A stretch of 64,000 bases of DNA, from the IMG/VR virus record IMGVR_UViG_3300017971_000007; one strand, 5' to 3'. Every line of letters starts with the position of its first letter. The stretch's first letter is position 1. The position numbers were made by a program, and so were the translations under genes. This document shows positions 10,173-19,818 of the stretch, piece by piece. This DNA comes from a virus. The notes under the pieces are model-generated. The model was given only the letters and a program-made list of their open reading frames with translations, had not been told where the DNA came from and did not search any database.

Positions 10173-10415
10173 ATGGAAGATAAAATGGACGAACTTTTGT
10201 TATTCATGAACACCGGCCCTAAGGCTAGGAAGGAAGTAATAGACAGCGTAGGGGGTAGGATAGCAGAGATTGACTCTCTCTTGAGAGAGGCGAAGAAGTC
10301 TGGTTTGATAAAAGAGTCTGGAATGACGAAAGTACTCCCAGGCTCTGGAAAAGCTGTCAATACTTACGTTCTCACGGCTGATGGTGAGTCCAGAAACAGG
10401 AAAAGGAGAAGATGA
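10173..10415 (+). CDS. winged-helix DNA-binding protein
   Basis: LLREAKKSGLI...YVLTADG wHTH wing pattern; AGGAG RBS. Confidence 0.65.
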   Translation: MEDKMDELLLFMNTGPKARKEVIDSVGGRIAEIDSLLREAKKSGLIKESGMTKVLPGSGKAVNTYVLTADGESRNRKRRR

Positions 10416-10969
10416 TGGAAGTATCTGAAATACTGGCTCTGGTATTTGGGGGGATAGGGTTAGCGACAACTATCGTTATCTTGACCGTTCATCTGGTGAT
10501 TAAAAGGCAGTTGAACGCGGACAAGAAGAAGAACTTTCAGTGGGACCTTATATTAAATGTCGGTTTCGGGTATGTGAAGGTGAAATTGTCAAAACTGGTA
10601 TTCCCGATTTTATCCGAAGCGCTTTTCGTTGAGATTGTGGATAGGACCGTCTCTTTCTGGTCCCAGGAGCTTGGTATTCCCGAGGTGGTGCTTAGACGAA
10701 GACTTACGGCTTTAAGGATATTCTTTTACGATACAGAATATGTTCTAGCCGTCGGCTTAAAGAATTGCGGGGATTATTGGCCGAATCAACATGCGATAAG
10801 AATAGCTTCTCTGATTAAGGGCACTAGACAGACCAGTATCTTGAGGATAATCGGGCTGGTCGTTCATGAGCTCAGTCATGCCCTCACCTACGGATACATA
10901 GAGTCAGCCAAACAGGACAGTGAGTTCGAGAGGCGTGGATTGGAGAGGGTAGTCAATGATTTGGTATAA
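10412..10969 (+). CDS. membrane-anchored zincin metallopeptidase-like protein
   Basis: N-terminal TM helix; VVHELSHAL (HExxH). Confidence 0.65.
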   Translation: MMEVSEILALVFGGIGLATTIVILTVHLVIKRQLNADKKKNFQWDLILNVGFGYVKVKLSKLVFPILSEALFVEIVDRTVSFWSQELGIPEVVLRRRLTALRIFFYDTEYVLAVGLKNCGDYWPNQHAIRIASLIKGTRQTSILRIIGLVVHELSHALTYGYIESAKQDSEFERRGLERVVNDLV

Positions 10970-11525
10970 GATGACTACGTTTAATGATGATATAGAGCTT
11001 CTCGAAGTCGTGAAAGAGACTCCGCATACAGTCACTGCCAAATTTGGTGGGGTAGCTCCGAAAAGGGTTCAAAAAGAGGGTGGATATTACTTTTTTGGAA
11101 GAACTAAGAAAGAGGTTTTGGAGAAGAAGTTGAAGAGAATGAGATCTAAGGCCTCGACTCTTCATTTTCAGATTTCATCTGAGGAGATGGACCTAGCCAG
11201 ACAAATAGATTTGATTAATGCTTTTCGCGAAAAATTCGAGGAGTATCTTATGTTAAAACCAGGAACCAAAGTTAGAATAAGGAAGAACGATGAGTACAAG
11301 GACGTGTTACTTAGAACCCGTGTTTTGTCGGTGTTGGCGAAGAATTCTGATAGTTCGAGGTTGGATTTTGATCCAACATTGTACATACCAGATGAATCGA
11401 TATACGGGAAGCAGGCCACGATAAAGGTAATGGACTCAAGAAAGAACCTATACGTTGTTGAGCTAGAGGATAAGTCACGGGTCAACATCCTTCCGGAATT
11501 CTTGGAGGAGGTGTATGAACTATGA
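10956..11525 (+). CDS. beta-barrel/coiled-coil family protein with C-terminal KOW/SH3-like domain
   Basis: N-terminus resembles 15067..15342 and 20487..20777; LKPGTKVRI..V.LED..V.I..EFLE. Confidence 0.6.
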   Translation: MIWYKMTTFNDDIELLEVVKETPHTVTAKFGGVAPKRVQKEGGYYFFGRTKKEVLEKKLKRMRSKASTLHFQISSEEMDLARQIDLINAFREKFEEYLMLKPGTKVRIRKNDEYKDVLLRTRVLSVLAKNSDSSRLDFDPTLYIPDESIYGKQATIKVMDSRKNLYVVELEDKSRVNILPEFLEEVYEL

Positions 11526-11914
11526 ATGAGGTCACGGACGTCCGTTTTCATCCTCCAATTTTTATGTCTTCAGATGTCGGTCGCATCCTAGAACTTAATA
11601 ACGCTTGTTTCATACCTAAAAAATGGTTTGTTCCTATCCATAATCTTAAGTATTTGGATTCGTATCAAGTACTTAAGAATCTGATTCGAACTACCCGCTT
11701 ATTCACCTACAAACTAGTTTATTTGCATTGTAAGGATAAGATGGTGCTTCGGTTTATCGTTGAATTATGTATAAACGCAGAAATAGGATTTACTAAGATC
11801 GAGCAGGCAATATACTCGTTCATAAGCAGAAAATGTTATGAGCCATCTGAGACCACCTCTTATAAGATAAAAAAGGTCAAACCTGATGGAGGACTTAAGG
11901 TAGAAAGATTATGA
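11522..11914 (+). CDS. hypothetical protein
   Basis: 130-aa ORF, ATGA coupled. Confidence 0.6.
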   Translation: MNEVTDVRFHPPIFMSSDVGRILELNNACFIPKKWFVPIHNLKYLDSYQVLKNLIRTTRLFTYKLVYLHCKDKMVLRFIVELCINAEIGFTKIEQAIYSFISRKCYEPSETTSYKIKKVKPDGGLKVERL

Positions 11915-12240
11915 AAGCAGTTGCTATTACGTCAATTATTATTGTGATACTCATATTAATCGGTTTTTGTGTACGCGCTAGAATTGTGGAGAATGAGAGA
12001 ATAACAGAATGTTGTAGACTAGAGTGTGGGAGAGTGATTCAAGACCTTGTTGGGGTTAGATATAGGCATAAGGATTATTATTCTACTGCTGGGGATAAGA
12101 TAGTTACTTGCTATTGCTTATTAGATACCGGTCCGCCGATTGTGGTAAGATTCAATGACAGCGGGTCCCCGACCTGTGTGGGAGGAGAGAATGAGTTTGA
12201 TGAAGCATTTAACAACAGATCAGCTAGTTTCTATTTCTGA
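11911..12240 (+). CDS. Cys-rich secreted/membrane protein
   Basis: N-terminal hydrophobic helix, several Cys. Confidence 0.6.
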   Translation: MKAVAITSIIIVILILIGFCVRARIVENERITECCRLECGRVIQDLVGVRYRHKDYYSTAGDKIVTCYCLLDTGPPIVVRFNDSGSPTCVGGENEFDEAFNNRSASFYF

Positions 12241-12451
12241 AACCTGTAAGACCAATCCGAATAGGGGGATGATAGGAGAATTCAAGGCCTTTCTTGTTGG
12301 AATGAGGGTTGATGCTGAGCTACTAAAAAGAAAAATCGACTCGTTCCATTCCAGAATAAACGAGTTCGAGAAGAGAATCGCAGATTTTGAAGGAGAAGAT
12401 GATGGCAAAATGTCCACACTGCGGGAGCAACGGATATCAGGGTCTCACTAG
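12191..12451 (+). CDS. small coiled-coil protein
   Basis: GGAGGAG RBS before ATG 12191. Confidence 0.55.
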   Translation: MSLMKHLTTDQLVSISETCKTNPNRGMIGEFKAFLVGMRVDAELLKRKIDSFHSRINEFEKRIADFEGEDDGKMSTLREQRISGSH

Positions 12452-12860
12452 TTTTGAGTGCGATACTCCGGGATGTCAGAATTTTTCTGGTGTCAAGTCT
12501 GAACCGGTGCATGTTGTTTATCTTGACATCCCATATCCATTAGGACGTTTGAAGTCTTTTAGTGTGAAAGAGTTCGAACGCTACAAACGACGTTCTATTA
12601 TGTCCTTGATGGGATTAGAGGAAGGGCTCCTTGTTGATCACAAACCTTCCAAAGGTTCTTGTGAATTCAGTAAACCGGAATTTGTGGGAAAGTTTCCTTA
12701 TCCATCGAAGTCCATCTCACCTCATCTTGAGTCCACAAGCAGACTTCGCGATGAAGAGATCTTCAAACTTCCTGCTAGAGCCTACAGACTTCAGGCCAGA
12801 AATGAAATGGCCGTGGCGATACTCTCTAATTTGAGACCTGGATTTCCTACCAAGAAGTAA
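12399..12860 (+). CDS. Zn-ribbon protein
   Basis: CPHC...CDTPGC; AAGGAG RBS. Confidence 0.65.
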   Translation: MMAKCPHCGSNGYQGLTSFECDTPGCQNFSGVKSEPVHVVYLDIPYPLGRLKSFSVKEFERYKRRSIMSLMGLEEGLLVDHKPSKGSCEFSKPEFVGKFPYPSKSISPHLESTSRLRDEEIFKLPARAYRLQARNEMAVAILSNLRPGFPTKK

Positions 12861-12919
12861 ATTCAGACCGATTCGAGAATAGGGGACGGATGTCTCCTAT
12901 TCTTTATCCTGGAGGTGTT

Positions 12920-13171
12920 ATGACCAAAAAACCGGCTAGGTTTCGGTTTAAAGACGAGTCAATTAAGACCAGAGTCCAATTTGATATGAGCTCGGATGAA
13001 GTGAATGCATTGAACGAGTTCTCGAAGTGTAGGAACAGTAACAGAACGAATACAATCAAAGACGCCATAAAACTTTTGATCGAAGTACATAGATTAGAGC
13101 GGGAGTTTGGAGGAGGGAGGTTGGTGTACAGAACTGAAAAAGGTGAGGACGTCATTTTGGTGATTCTATAG
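12920..13171 (+). CDS. ribbon-helix-helix (CopG-like) DNA-binding protein
   Basis: TRVQFDM strand followed by two helices (..RTNTIKDAIKLL); GGAGG RBS. Confidence 0.65.
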   Translation: MTKKPARFRFKDESIKTRVQFDMSSDEVNALNEFSKCRNSNRTNTIKDAIKLLIEVHRLEREFGGGRLVYRTEKGEDVILVIL

Positions 13172-13179
13172 GAGGAGTC

Positions 13180-13566
13180 ATGAAAGTTTACGTTGTTTTC
13201 GCACTGAGCGGAGGTATTCCGAATAATAGATGGATAATTGGGGTTCATCCATTTAAGTTTCTCGCTGAATTTCATAGAAAATTAGCCGCGGTCTATTACT
13301 CCAGGGTCTTGTCTGAGATCATGTCCGAGATCGTACCCTCTGATGACCGTCCTCTTAGAAGGTACCTTCATCCCGACGAGATTGCAAAAGTAAAATGGCA
13401 TCTGAAAGGAGGAAGTAACCCAGCAGATCGTCTACTATCTGATAGATTTGACGGTACTCCCGTCATATATGTCGTGGAGGTAATGTCCTTAGTGGATATC
13501 AGATGGTACTTCTGGTCCACACTTTCTTATTTAATGGAAAGATTTTTGTTTGAAGCCAACCTTTAG
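13180..13566 (+). CDS. hypothetical protein
   Basis: AGGAGG RBS; 128 aa. Confidence 0.65.
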   Translation: MKVYVVFALSGGIPNNRWIIGVHPFKFLAEFHRKLAAVYYSRVLSEIMSEIVPSDDRPLRRYLHPDEIAKVKWHLKGGSNPADRLLSDRFDGTPVIYVVEVMSLVDIRWYFWSTLSYLMERFLFEANL

Positions 13567-13804
13567 CAGAATTCCGTGCCCGGTATGTGGATGCAAGAAA
13601 TTCTACCGAATAGAAATGGAACTATGTCGCGTTCCGCATAGTGATACACATTTCGAAGTATTTATGTACCGGTATCACAAATTTACCCCCTTACTGTCTG
13701 TAAGACTTCCGGATTATATCTGGGAGTCTATGATAAGAGCTTTTAGAGGTAGTGATATCCTAATAGGAGATCAATGCTTCAGATGTGAAACTATTTTCTC
13801 GTAG
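13550..13804 (+). CDS. Zn-ribbon protein
   Basis: CPVC...CFRC; TTG start uncertain. Confidence 0.5.
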   Translation: MKPTFSRIPCPVCGCKKFYRIEMELCRVPHSDTHFEVFMYRYHKFTPLLSVRLPDYIWESMIRAFRGSDILIGDQCFRCETIFS

Positions 13805-13812
13805 GAGGACCG

Positions 13813-13902
13813 ATGAAAGACATAGGTTTGTTTTTGCTTTTGATTTTGTTGGTGGCATTTGCAGTAATTGTGTATCACGGCGTAACTGGAGAGAAGAAAT
13901 GA
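13813..13902 (+). CDS. 29-aa single-pass membrane peptide (not in ORF track)
   Basis: AGGAGG RBS; MKDIGLFLLLILLVAFAVIVYHGVTGEKK*; ATGA-coupled to next gene. Confidence 0.65.
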   Translation: MKDIGLFLLLILLVAFAVIVYHGVTGEKK

Positions 13903-14165
13903 TAAGCGTATTCTGGTTTATCCCGATATCAGTAATCACGGTGATTCTGTCTGTCCTCGGGGCATGTGTGGGATATTCTTATGGGTTGGATACTCTTAAG
14001 AAAGCGTCATTATGTGCCAAAAGATTGATTAATGGCGGAGATATTGATGCGGCATTTAGTGTCATAGATGCTGCTAGCAGTATAAGAAATGGAGAAGAAC
14101 ATAAAACTTTCAACAAAAGATTAGAACTTATGCTTGCCAGTATCACCGACGAGGAATCCAAATAG
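13899..14165 (+). CDS. membrane protein
   Basis: N-terminal TM helix; GGAG RBS before ATG 13899. Confidence 0.6.
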   Translation: MISVFWFIPISVITVILSVLGACVGYSYGLDTLKKASLCAKRLINGGDIDAAFSVIDAASSIRNGEEHKTFNKRLELMLASITDEESK

Positions 14166-14172
14166 TTTGAAT

Positions 14173-14190
14173 GAGCGGCGAAAGCCGCTC
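14173..14190 (+). terminator. stem-loop (GAAA tetraloop) directly before promoter motif
   Basis: GAGCGGC-GAAA-GCCGCTC. Confidence 0.6.
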
Positions 14191-14217
14191 AAAAATAATA
14201 TTTTTTTAGGTATAAGA
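14191..14217 (+). promoter_or_regulatory. putative phage early promoter
   Basis: AAAAATA-N12-GTATAAGA, then AAGGAG and ATG 14241. Confidence 0.7.
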
Positions 14218-14240
14218 AATGTATCTGAAAGGAGAAGAAT

Positions 14241-14645
14241 ATGTCTGAAGAATTTCGAAAGAAAATGATTGAGGAGCTGAAGAACAGATATCCTAGTGAT
14301 GAGTCAGGACTTTGGGCTATCTGTGACTGGATGGGCGATTACTTTATGTTCATAGATGGTCGTCACGAGGATGTCCTAAATTACGCTGTTACTCTCGGTG
14401 AATTCTCAGCTAATAATGGTATGTTCGGGTACATTGATAAGCTGGATGTAAAGAAATTAGGCCCTGTCACGAATGAGGGAAGAGCTCTTCAGATGTTGCG
14501 AGAGAGAATGAGGGAAACTGCGGTCGAGGACACAGGTTATGATGAGGTGATAAGTTCCGAGACATTAGTTAATGACCTCATTGATACCGCGGCATCTGCG
14601 ATGGTTGGGGTTGAAAATATTCTTTCAGAGGAGGAGAACGAATGA
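14241..14645 (+). CDS. hypothetical protein
   Basis: 134 aa, AAGGAG RBS. Confidence 0.75.
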   Translation: MSEEFRKKMIEELKNRYPSDESGLWAICDWMGDYFMFIDGRHEDVLNYAVTLGEFSANNGMFGYIDKLDVKKLGPVTNEGRALQMLRERMRETAVEDTGYDEVISSETLVNDLIDTAASAMVGVENILSEEENE

Positions 14646-15019
14646 AAGCGGTTCTATTCTTCGGGATCAGTTTAACTGATTCAGAAGAAATGAAAAAGAT
14701 GTCTGGCATTTTCCTATCTCACAACAGGTACGTAACTGCAATCCCGAGACTTGAGCTTCTGTCTCTATACGTCAAGGATAACGATAATGTCGGGATCCTA
14801 TACGACTACAATGAGTACAGAGAAAATAGGATGCTCCGTTATTTGTACATCAAAGAAAGTGTACAACATATAAATGAGTTTAAATCAGTTTCTATATCCC
14901 GTGAGAGTGAATTATGGGGGCCTCAGTTATCCGAGGCTCTTACGAGGGTAGGAGCTGACTTATCTAGATTTCAAAATCCGTGTCATCACATAGTTATCTC
15001 CAATTTTGTAAATCTGTAA
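14642..15019 (+). CDS. hypothetical protein
   Basis: 125 aa, ATGA coupled. Confidence 0.7.
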   Translation: MKAVLFFGISLTDSEEMKKMSGIFLSHNRYVTAIPRLELLSLYVKDNDNVGILYDYNEYRENRMLRYLYIKESVQHINEFKSVSISRESELWGPQLSEALTRVGADLSRFQNPCHHIVISNFVNL

Positions 15020-15026
15020 TTTTCAA

Positions 15027-15054
15027 ACCTCTCCCCCCATTTGGGGGGAGAGGT
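15027..15054. repeat. perfect 13-bp inverted repeat
   Basis: ACCTCTCCCCCCA-TT-TGGGGGGAGAGGT, intergenic. Confidence 0.85.
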
Positions 15055-15066
15055 CATGGAGTGCCT

Positions 15067-15342
15067 ATGAAACTATTTAAAATAGGGACTGGTTTTACCG
15101 TAGTAGAGGTAATTGTTTCGAAAGAAACAGATGATTTAGTTCATCTGAAATCTGGTGGAGTTTGGAAGAAAAACACGGAGTCGTACGGTTTCTTCAGAAC
15201 CAGAATAGAAGCTGTTGAGTGGGGAATTAGCAAGATTGAAAAGAGATTAGCCGAAATTTCCGAGTCAATTGAGAAATTAGAGCGTGAAGTAAGGGAATTC
15301 AGAGGGTATCTGGATAATTTGAAGAGAGGAGAGCGAAAATGA
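15067..15342 (+). CDS. beta-barrel/coiled-coil family protein
   Basis: FFRTRIEA motif followed by coiled coil; GGAG RBS. Confidence 0.65.
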   Translation: MKLFKIGTGFTVVEVIVSKETDDLVHLKSGGVWKKNTESYGFFRTRIEAVEWGISKIEKRLAEISESIEKLEREVREFRGYLDNLKRGERK

Positions 15343-17633
15343 TTAAGTTGGAAGAGGAAAGTCTAAATTTGTACTATCTTCGTGCAGGTGAGTTTTCCAG
15401 CGATTACATTGACGTCACATTGCCAACTAAAGATAACATCAAGGTCGTTGATAAATTTCTCAGCGACTTGATGGAGTTCAACTATTCCGACAAATGTGAC
15501 CAGAAACTTGATAAGGCGGATGCCATAAACCTTATCTACAAAGCTCTCAAGGTGGAGTTAACAACGTTTTTCGCGGTCTTAATGAGGAAATTATGGGTCA
15601 GGCCTGATGCATATAGGTTCGACGCTAATTCTGTAAGGACCGAAATCTATGAGGCGATGATTCAGAGAAGTAACAGATTGGCAGAAATAGCCTGCTCCTG
15701 GAAAAGTGGGTGGTCGGCGTTAGAGGAAGTCGAATTCACTATCAATTACAAGAGAGACGACGAGGACGAGGATAAGCTGTATGAAGCAGGTCTTATGTTC
15801 AAGGGCCAGTCTCTTAAGAACTGGTACCTGGACCTAGATGCTACGACCAAGTGCCTGGTGACCAGCATCAAGCACTTTCTCAATGAATGCTGGGATGAAC
15901 TGAAAGAAAAAGGTTGGAAAGGGGACCAGAAACAACTTCTCCGTCTTTTCAATGAGGCAGTCCATCATGCAACAAGTCCGAGGTTAAGTGAGGTCATGGA
16001 GATTGTTTACAACGAGCGCAGAGATTCTCTCGAATTCTATATAGAGCGGCCAGATCTCGTACATTTCAGGTTCTGTTGTTCTATCAATAACGGTGGAAGG
16101 TTCTGTCATCTATGTTCTCCTCAAATGAACCTGAACCACGGTCTCCGGTCAGGGAAGGTAATTGAGAAGTTGGAGACTTTCTGCCATCAGGTACTGGGGG
16201 AATCAGAGGACCGTAATCTGGAAGTAGAAACTATATTCATGGGGGTCGTGGATGCCATGCGAAAAACCGGGCGCACGGAGTTAGTGAGATATGCCGACGA
16301 TGCCGAGACTTTTCTAAAAACGGGAAAAGTTCCAGAACCTGAGCCAATTAAATTGCCGAGGGAGCTGGGTGAGGTTCTCAGTACGCAGATTGTTCATACC
16401 GAGGATAATTGTTATATCAGTACCTCACTAGAAAAATTCGGCACCATGAGCTCTTCACTAATAACTCCCAGTACATCTATCTTCGAAATCGATGAGCTTA
16501 TCTATGACCATTCAAAGTCCGTCTATCACGCCATAACAGGACTGGGGATGACATACGGACTAGATGATGTTTATAGGTACTTGTTAAAATTTGCCGAGGA
16601 ATCTGATTCCAGTTTCCTATCAGAAGCCGCCAAAACATGTTTGACGGTGAGGACGTATCTAAATAATACCTGCTCGCCGAACAAGATAGACCTTCACGCG
16701 GAAGTGACGCTTCATAATATGACAATAGAGGGGAAGCTGACGTTGATGTTGGGCGAAATTCCAGCCGATGTAATGGCTACCCGTCTCATGAAAGCCTTCC
16801 GTGACCACTTCCATTCCATTCCGTATGAAAACTTCGTGCTTCTCAGGACCTCAGCTTACAGGACCTTGATGAACTCATCGATAACGAAATTAGTGGATAT
16901 AGGCCGTTCTCTTAAAGATCTAGTCCATAAAGAGGATCACGAAATTTCTGTAAAGAAAGGCGTTTCTCTTGAGAATTCTGATACCGAGGAATTAGATACC
17001 AAGAAATTGGACTCTGTACCTGATTCTTTGAAGGAGTCAGTGGGTTTTGATGTGGCTCTAAAAAATTCAGAGCCTGTTTTAATTTGTGACCTGTACGTCG
17101 AAACTCCTTTTTCTGTGGAATCAAAGGCCGTGGACTTAAATAATGCAGGTTCAGTGATAGAAGAGTTCATTACCGAAATCCAAAGCAGCTTGAGACGATT
17201 CGGACGAGTATTTGAGAAGGACTCAATCAGAGAACTTATGGCCCGTACTTACGAAACGGATAAGGATACAGACGCCGAAGATATTTTTGGGGAGAACTTG
17301 GTGAAGCTAGTCAATTTCATCAGGAACCCAAAAAATTTAGAGCCTGAGAACACGAACCTGACGTTCTCGGCGAATGTGGATTCAGATGGAAACAAACGTC
17401 TGGTTTGTGATATTGACTTCGAGGATCATTTCTGTACTATCCAAACTCATCCCGTTACACCTAAAAACGCTAGTGATCGAATCAAGTCTTTCATCTCCGA
17501 CATCTACAACGAGTTGTACAGCAGCAGAACCGAACATCCGACCTACGACCAGATTCTGGAGCAGTTTCTTGAGAGTTGTGACGGAGACAGTATCAAGTCC
17601 GTGTTTCCTGACATAAACCAGTTCATTGCCTGA
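15339..17633 (+). CDS. large hypothetical protein with diverged internal repeats
   Basis: 764-aa ORF; recurring strand-strand-helix units (e.g. LICDLYVE..VIEEFITEI / LVCDIDFE..RIKSFISDI). Confidence 0.8.
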   Translation: MIKLEEESLNLYYLRAGEFSSDYIDVTLPTKDNIKVVDKFLSDLMEFNYSDKCDQKLDKADAINLIYKALKVELTTFFAVLMRKLWVRPDAYRFDANSVRTEIYEAMIQRSNRLAEIACSWKSGWSALEEVEFTINYKRDDEDEDKLYEAGLMFKGQSLKNWYLDLDATTKCLVTSIKHFLNECWDELKEKGWKGDQKQLLRLFNEAVHHATSPRLSEVMEIVYNERRDSLEFYIERPDLVHFRFCCSINNGGRFCHLCSPQMNLNHGLRSGKVIEKLETFCHQVLGESEDRNLEVETIFMGVVDAMRKTGRTELVRYADDAETFLKTGKVPEPEPIKLPRELGEVLSTQIVHTEDNCYISTSLEKFGTMSSSLITPSTSIFEIDELIYDHSKSVYHAITGLGMTYGLDDVYRYLLKFAEESDSSFLSEAAKTCLTVRTYLNNTCSPNKIDLHAEVTLHNMTIEGKLTLMLGEIPADVMATRLMKAFRDHFHSIPYENFVLLRTSAYRTLMNSSITKLVDIGRSLKDLVHKEDHEISVKKGVSLENSDTEELDTKKLDSVPDSLKESVGFDVALKNSEPVLICDLYVETPFSVESKAVDLNNAGSVIEEFITEIQSSLRRFGRVFEKDSIRELMARTYETDKDTDAEDIFGENLVKLVNFIRNPKNLEPENTNLTFSANVDSDGNKRLVCDIDFEDHFCTIQTHPVTPKNASDRIKSFISDIYNELYSSRTEHPTYDQILEQFLESCDGDSIKSVFPDINQFIA

Positions 17634-17814
17634 AAAATGATTACGATGTGGACCCGATAAAGAAACTCGGTTCCTAATCCGCGTAGTTTGAATTTCCCGG
17701 CTGAGAATGAAATCCAGTGCAATACAGATTCTATATTCAACGAGTTCCCCAAGGACATGGATGGTGATTCAGATACCATGAGAGTGTTCTGGAGGAACTT
17801 GTATAGGAGGACCG

Positions 17815-18366
17815 ATGAGAAGAATCTTGATTCTGACACTGCTACTCTGCGCGTGCGCAGAAGGGAAACCAGTTTACGTCGTTGATTCCGCTGTTGATTC
17901 CGCTGTTGAGGATGCGGGAAAGGTTCACTATGTCGATTCAGGAATTAACGCGGATGTATCAACTGAAGTAGACTCCAGTGACAGCAGTCCTAAACCGGGT
18001 TGTGAGAGCGACATAGGAGGATGTTGGAAACCATTCGAGTACGAGTACTACGGTGAGAACCATCTGGTAAGCGGTTCTCACATGATGGAACTTGAGAGAA
18101 TTGATTGCGGCCTGTACTCAGAGGTCTTGACCGGACCTTTTCATGTCTTCGAAAACCGTGGTTGTGAAAGGAGGGAGTATCTTCTCAAACTAGAAGATGA
18201 CCTGGTTATCATGAGGGAGATGCTATACGATGCCGGGTGCGAGGAAGTGAAGTCCAGTCACATGAGAATGTTTGTGGTTGATTCGGTGTTGTACCGAGTC
18301 ATTTTCCCTGATGATTGTCTTTGCGACCCCGAGATTCTGAAGTACAGGAGGGTTGGTTGTAGGTAG
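17815..18366 (+). CDS. putative lipoprotein
   Basis: MRRILILTLLLCAC lipobox-like signal; AGGAGG RBS; Cys-rich. Confidence 0.65.
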   Translation: MRRILILTLLLCACAEGKPVYVVDSAVDSAVEDAGKVHYVDSGINADVSTEVDSSDSSPKPGCESDIGGCWKPFEYEYYGENHLVSGSHMMELERIDCGLYSEVLTGPFHVFENRGCERREYLLKLEDDLVIMREMLYDAGCEEVKSSHMRMFVVDSVLYRVIFPDDCLCDPEILKYRRVGCR

Positions 18367-18407
18367 CTAAAAAAAGTGGAAGGGAGTCCTTCCACTTTTT
18401 TTAGCTA
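18364..18407. terminator. bidirectional terminator at convergence of + and - blocks
   Basis: Perfect 20-bp inverted repeat TAGCTAAAAAAAGTGGAAGG-GAGT-CCTTCCACTTTTTTTAGCTA. Confidence 0.9.
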
Positions 18408-18635
18408 TTCCGTGATCACGGTCATCAACGTCTCAATCTGAGATGTTGTTCTTTTGATTTCCTTCTCAATCAGCTCATTTATTTTATTATAGGTAGCCGC
18501 CTCCGCCACCAGCTCCTCCTTCATCTCTGCTGTAATTCCTCGTCTGTTCGCCTCGTAAATGCTTCTGGCGTGCGCATTCCTGATGATTCTCATGGCACTA
18601 AGAAGTCCGGGGATTCTTGCTATCTCATCATTCAT
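18405..18635 (-). CDS. helical hypothetical protein
   Basis: GGAGG RBS before ATG 18635; N-terminus resembles 23972..24412. Confidence 0.65.
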   Translation of the reverse strand: MNDEIARIPGLLSAMRIIRNAHARSIYEANRRGITAEMKEELVAEAATYNKINELIEKEIKRTTSQIETLMTVITE

Positions 18636-18934
18636 TTTTTCCTCCGCGGTAGCTCCAGTTGCACGCACTCCTCGTTACGACGTCCTTTGCACAAGATAGT
18701 TGTCTGTTTGTTAGAGGATGTAACTGAGCCATCTAAACCGGTTTCTATCTCTGTGATATGCTCGATGTGGAAATCACGGATATCAACATCAAACGAGTAC
18801 GCTATCAGATAATCAGGGGTCTCGAATTCCACAATGACCGTGATTTTGGTCGTCATGACCGGTATCTGTATGGAACTCTTGATCGTGTTTTCTCTCAGGG
18901 CTTTTATTAATACAGGAGTCCCGAGGTCACTCAT
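18632..18934 (-). CDS. hypothetical protein
   Basis: 100 aa, coupled. Confidence 0.65.
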   Translation of the reverse strand: MSDLGTPVLIKALRENTIKSSIQIPVMTTKITVIVEFETPDYLIAYSFDVDIRDFHIEHITEIETGLDGSVTSSNKQTTILCKGRRNEECVQLELPRRKK

Positions 18935-19236
18935 CTCTCCTCCGTCTCTTCGTTCTCGCTTCTCGGACCCCAGCCAATGGTTTCGAATTCCCTTATCTCG
19001 CTTAGGATATGTTGGCAGGCTTCGATAATTTGCTCGTATGCTCTCTTTTGCTTACTGAAGTCCGCATTCGCCAGTCTCTTTGCTTTGAGTTCTCTGTCGA
19101 TGGTAGAAACTTCCACCCCATCGAAAAGCCGTAATTTGACAATCTTCGATCTAGTGTATGGGTCTTGAGATACGGGAGTTGTAATTTGCGCGCTTACGAA
19201 CTCCGTGTGCTCGGCACCTTCTAGAAACTGTTTCAT
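18931..19236 (-). CDS. hypothetical protein
   Basis: 101 aa, AAGGA RBS. Confidence 0.65.
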   Translation of the reverse strand: MKQFLEGAEHTEFVSAQITTPVSQDPYTRSKIVKLRLFDGVEVSTIDRELKAKRLANADFSKQKRAYEQIIEACQHILSEIREFETIGWGPRSENEETEER

Positions 19237-19260
19237 TTTACATCCTTGTTGTCTTGTGAT

Positions 19261-19286
19261 AGGATGGCATCAATTGATGCCATCCT
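19261..19286. repeat. perfect 26-nt palindrome
   Basis: AGGATGGCATCAATTGATGCCATCCT, intergenic. Confidence 0.9.
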
Positions 19287-19291
19287 GAGAT

Positions 19292-19522
19292 CTACTTAGT
19301 TATTCCAACAAACCCAACGGGGTTCCCGTTGGAGTCACGTAATTTATCGTCCTCCTCCAACTCCTTACAGATACACTGTTCGCTACGTTCGAGTTGACCG
19401 AGAATTTTGCCGGGGACCTTATCCAATATTTTTTTCAGCTCCATGTAAATGTCTTGAAAGGCTTCGCCACTACAATCTATATCTATCCTCACTCTCACCA
19501 CAGTCCTCCTTTCTCCAGACAT
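19292..19522 (-). CDS. hypothetical protein
   Basis: LRDSNGNPVG motif; probable start MSGERR. Confidence 0.6.
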   Translation of the reverse strand: MSGERRTVVRVRIDIDCSGEAFQDIYMELKKILDKVPGKILGQLERSEQCICKELEEDDKLRDSNGNPVGFVGITK

Positions 19523-19818
19523 TGTTTTCCTTCGGTCGTGATAACCCACATTATCTTGCCGTTACAGTGTTTGAACCTCCTTTTCTTGCTGTTGTCTATT
19601 CTTTGTACAAGACCCGCGGATTTGGCTTCTCTAGCGAGTTTAGTGATAGAAACGTAGGTCATATTCCCTACCAATCTCAGGACCTCATCTGTAGTCCTTG
19701 GCTCTGTCACAGATTCTAGGAGAGCCCTTCTTCTCCTCATTCTTTCTTCTGCAGTAGGTCTTGATGTTTTCACAGTGGATATCGCATGGGATAGAGGAAC
19801 TAGTCGTCTCACCAACAT
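19495..19818 (-). CDS. winged-helix protein (paralogue 1)
   Basis: LAREAKSAGLV...WVITTEG; aligns with 19809..20129. Confidence 0.7.
   Translation of the reverse strand: MLVRRLVPLSHAISTVKTSRPTAEERMRRRRALLESVTEPRTTDEVLRLVGNMTYVSITKLAREAKSAGLVQRIDNSKKRRFKHCNGKIMWVITTEGKQCLEKGGLW

Noticed and set aside
10964-10970. GTATAAG at 10964 (and near 14080)
   Set aside because: Within coding sequence and without the upstream A-tract; probably chance matches.
17881-17909. 12-bp tandem repeat GTTGATTCCGCT (also ATCCGCTCTTCG near 26814)
   Set aside because: Two-copy micro-duplications with no spacers; not CRISPR-like. No CRISPR array was seen in the window.
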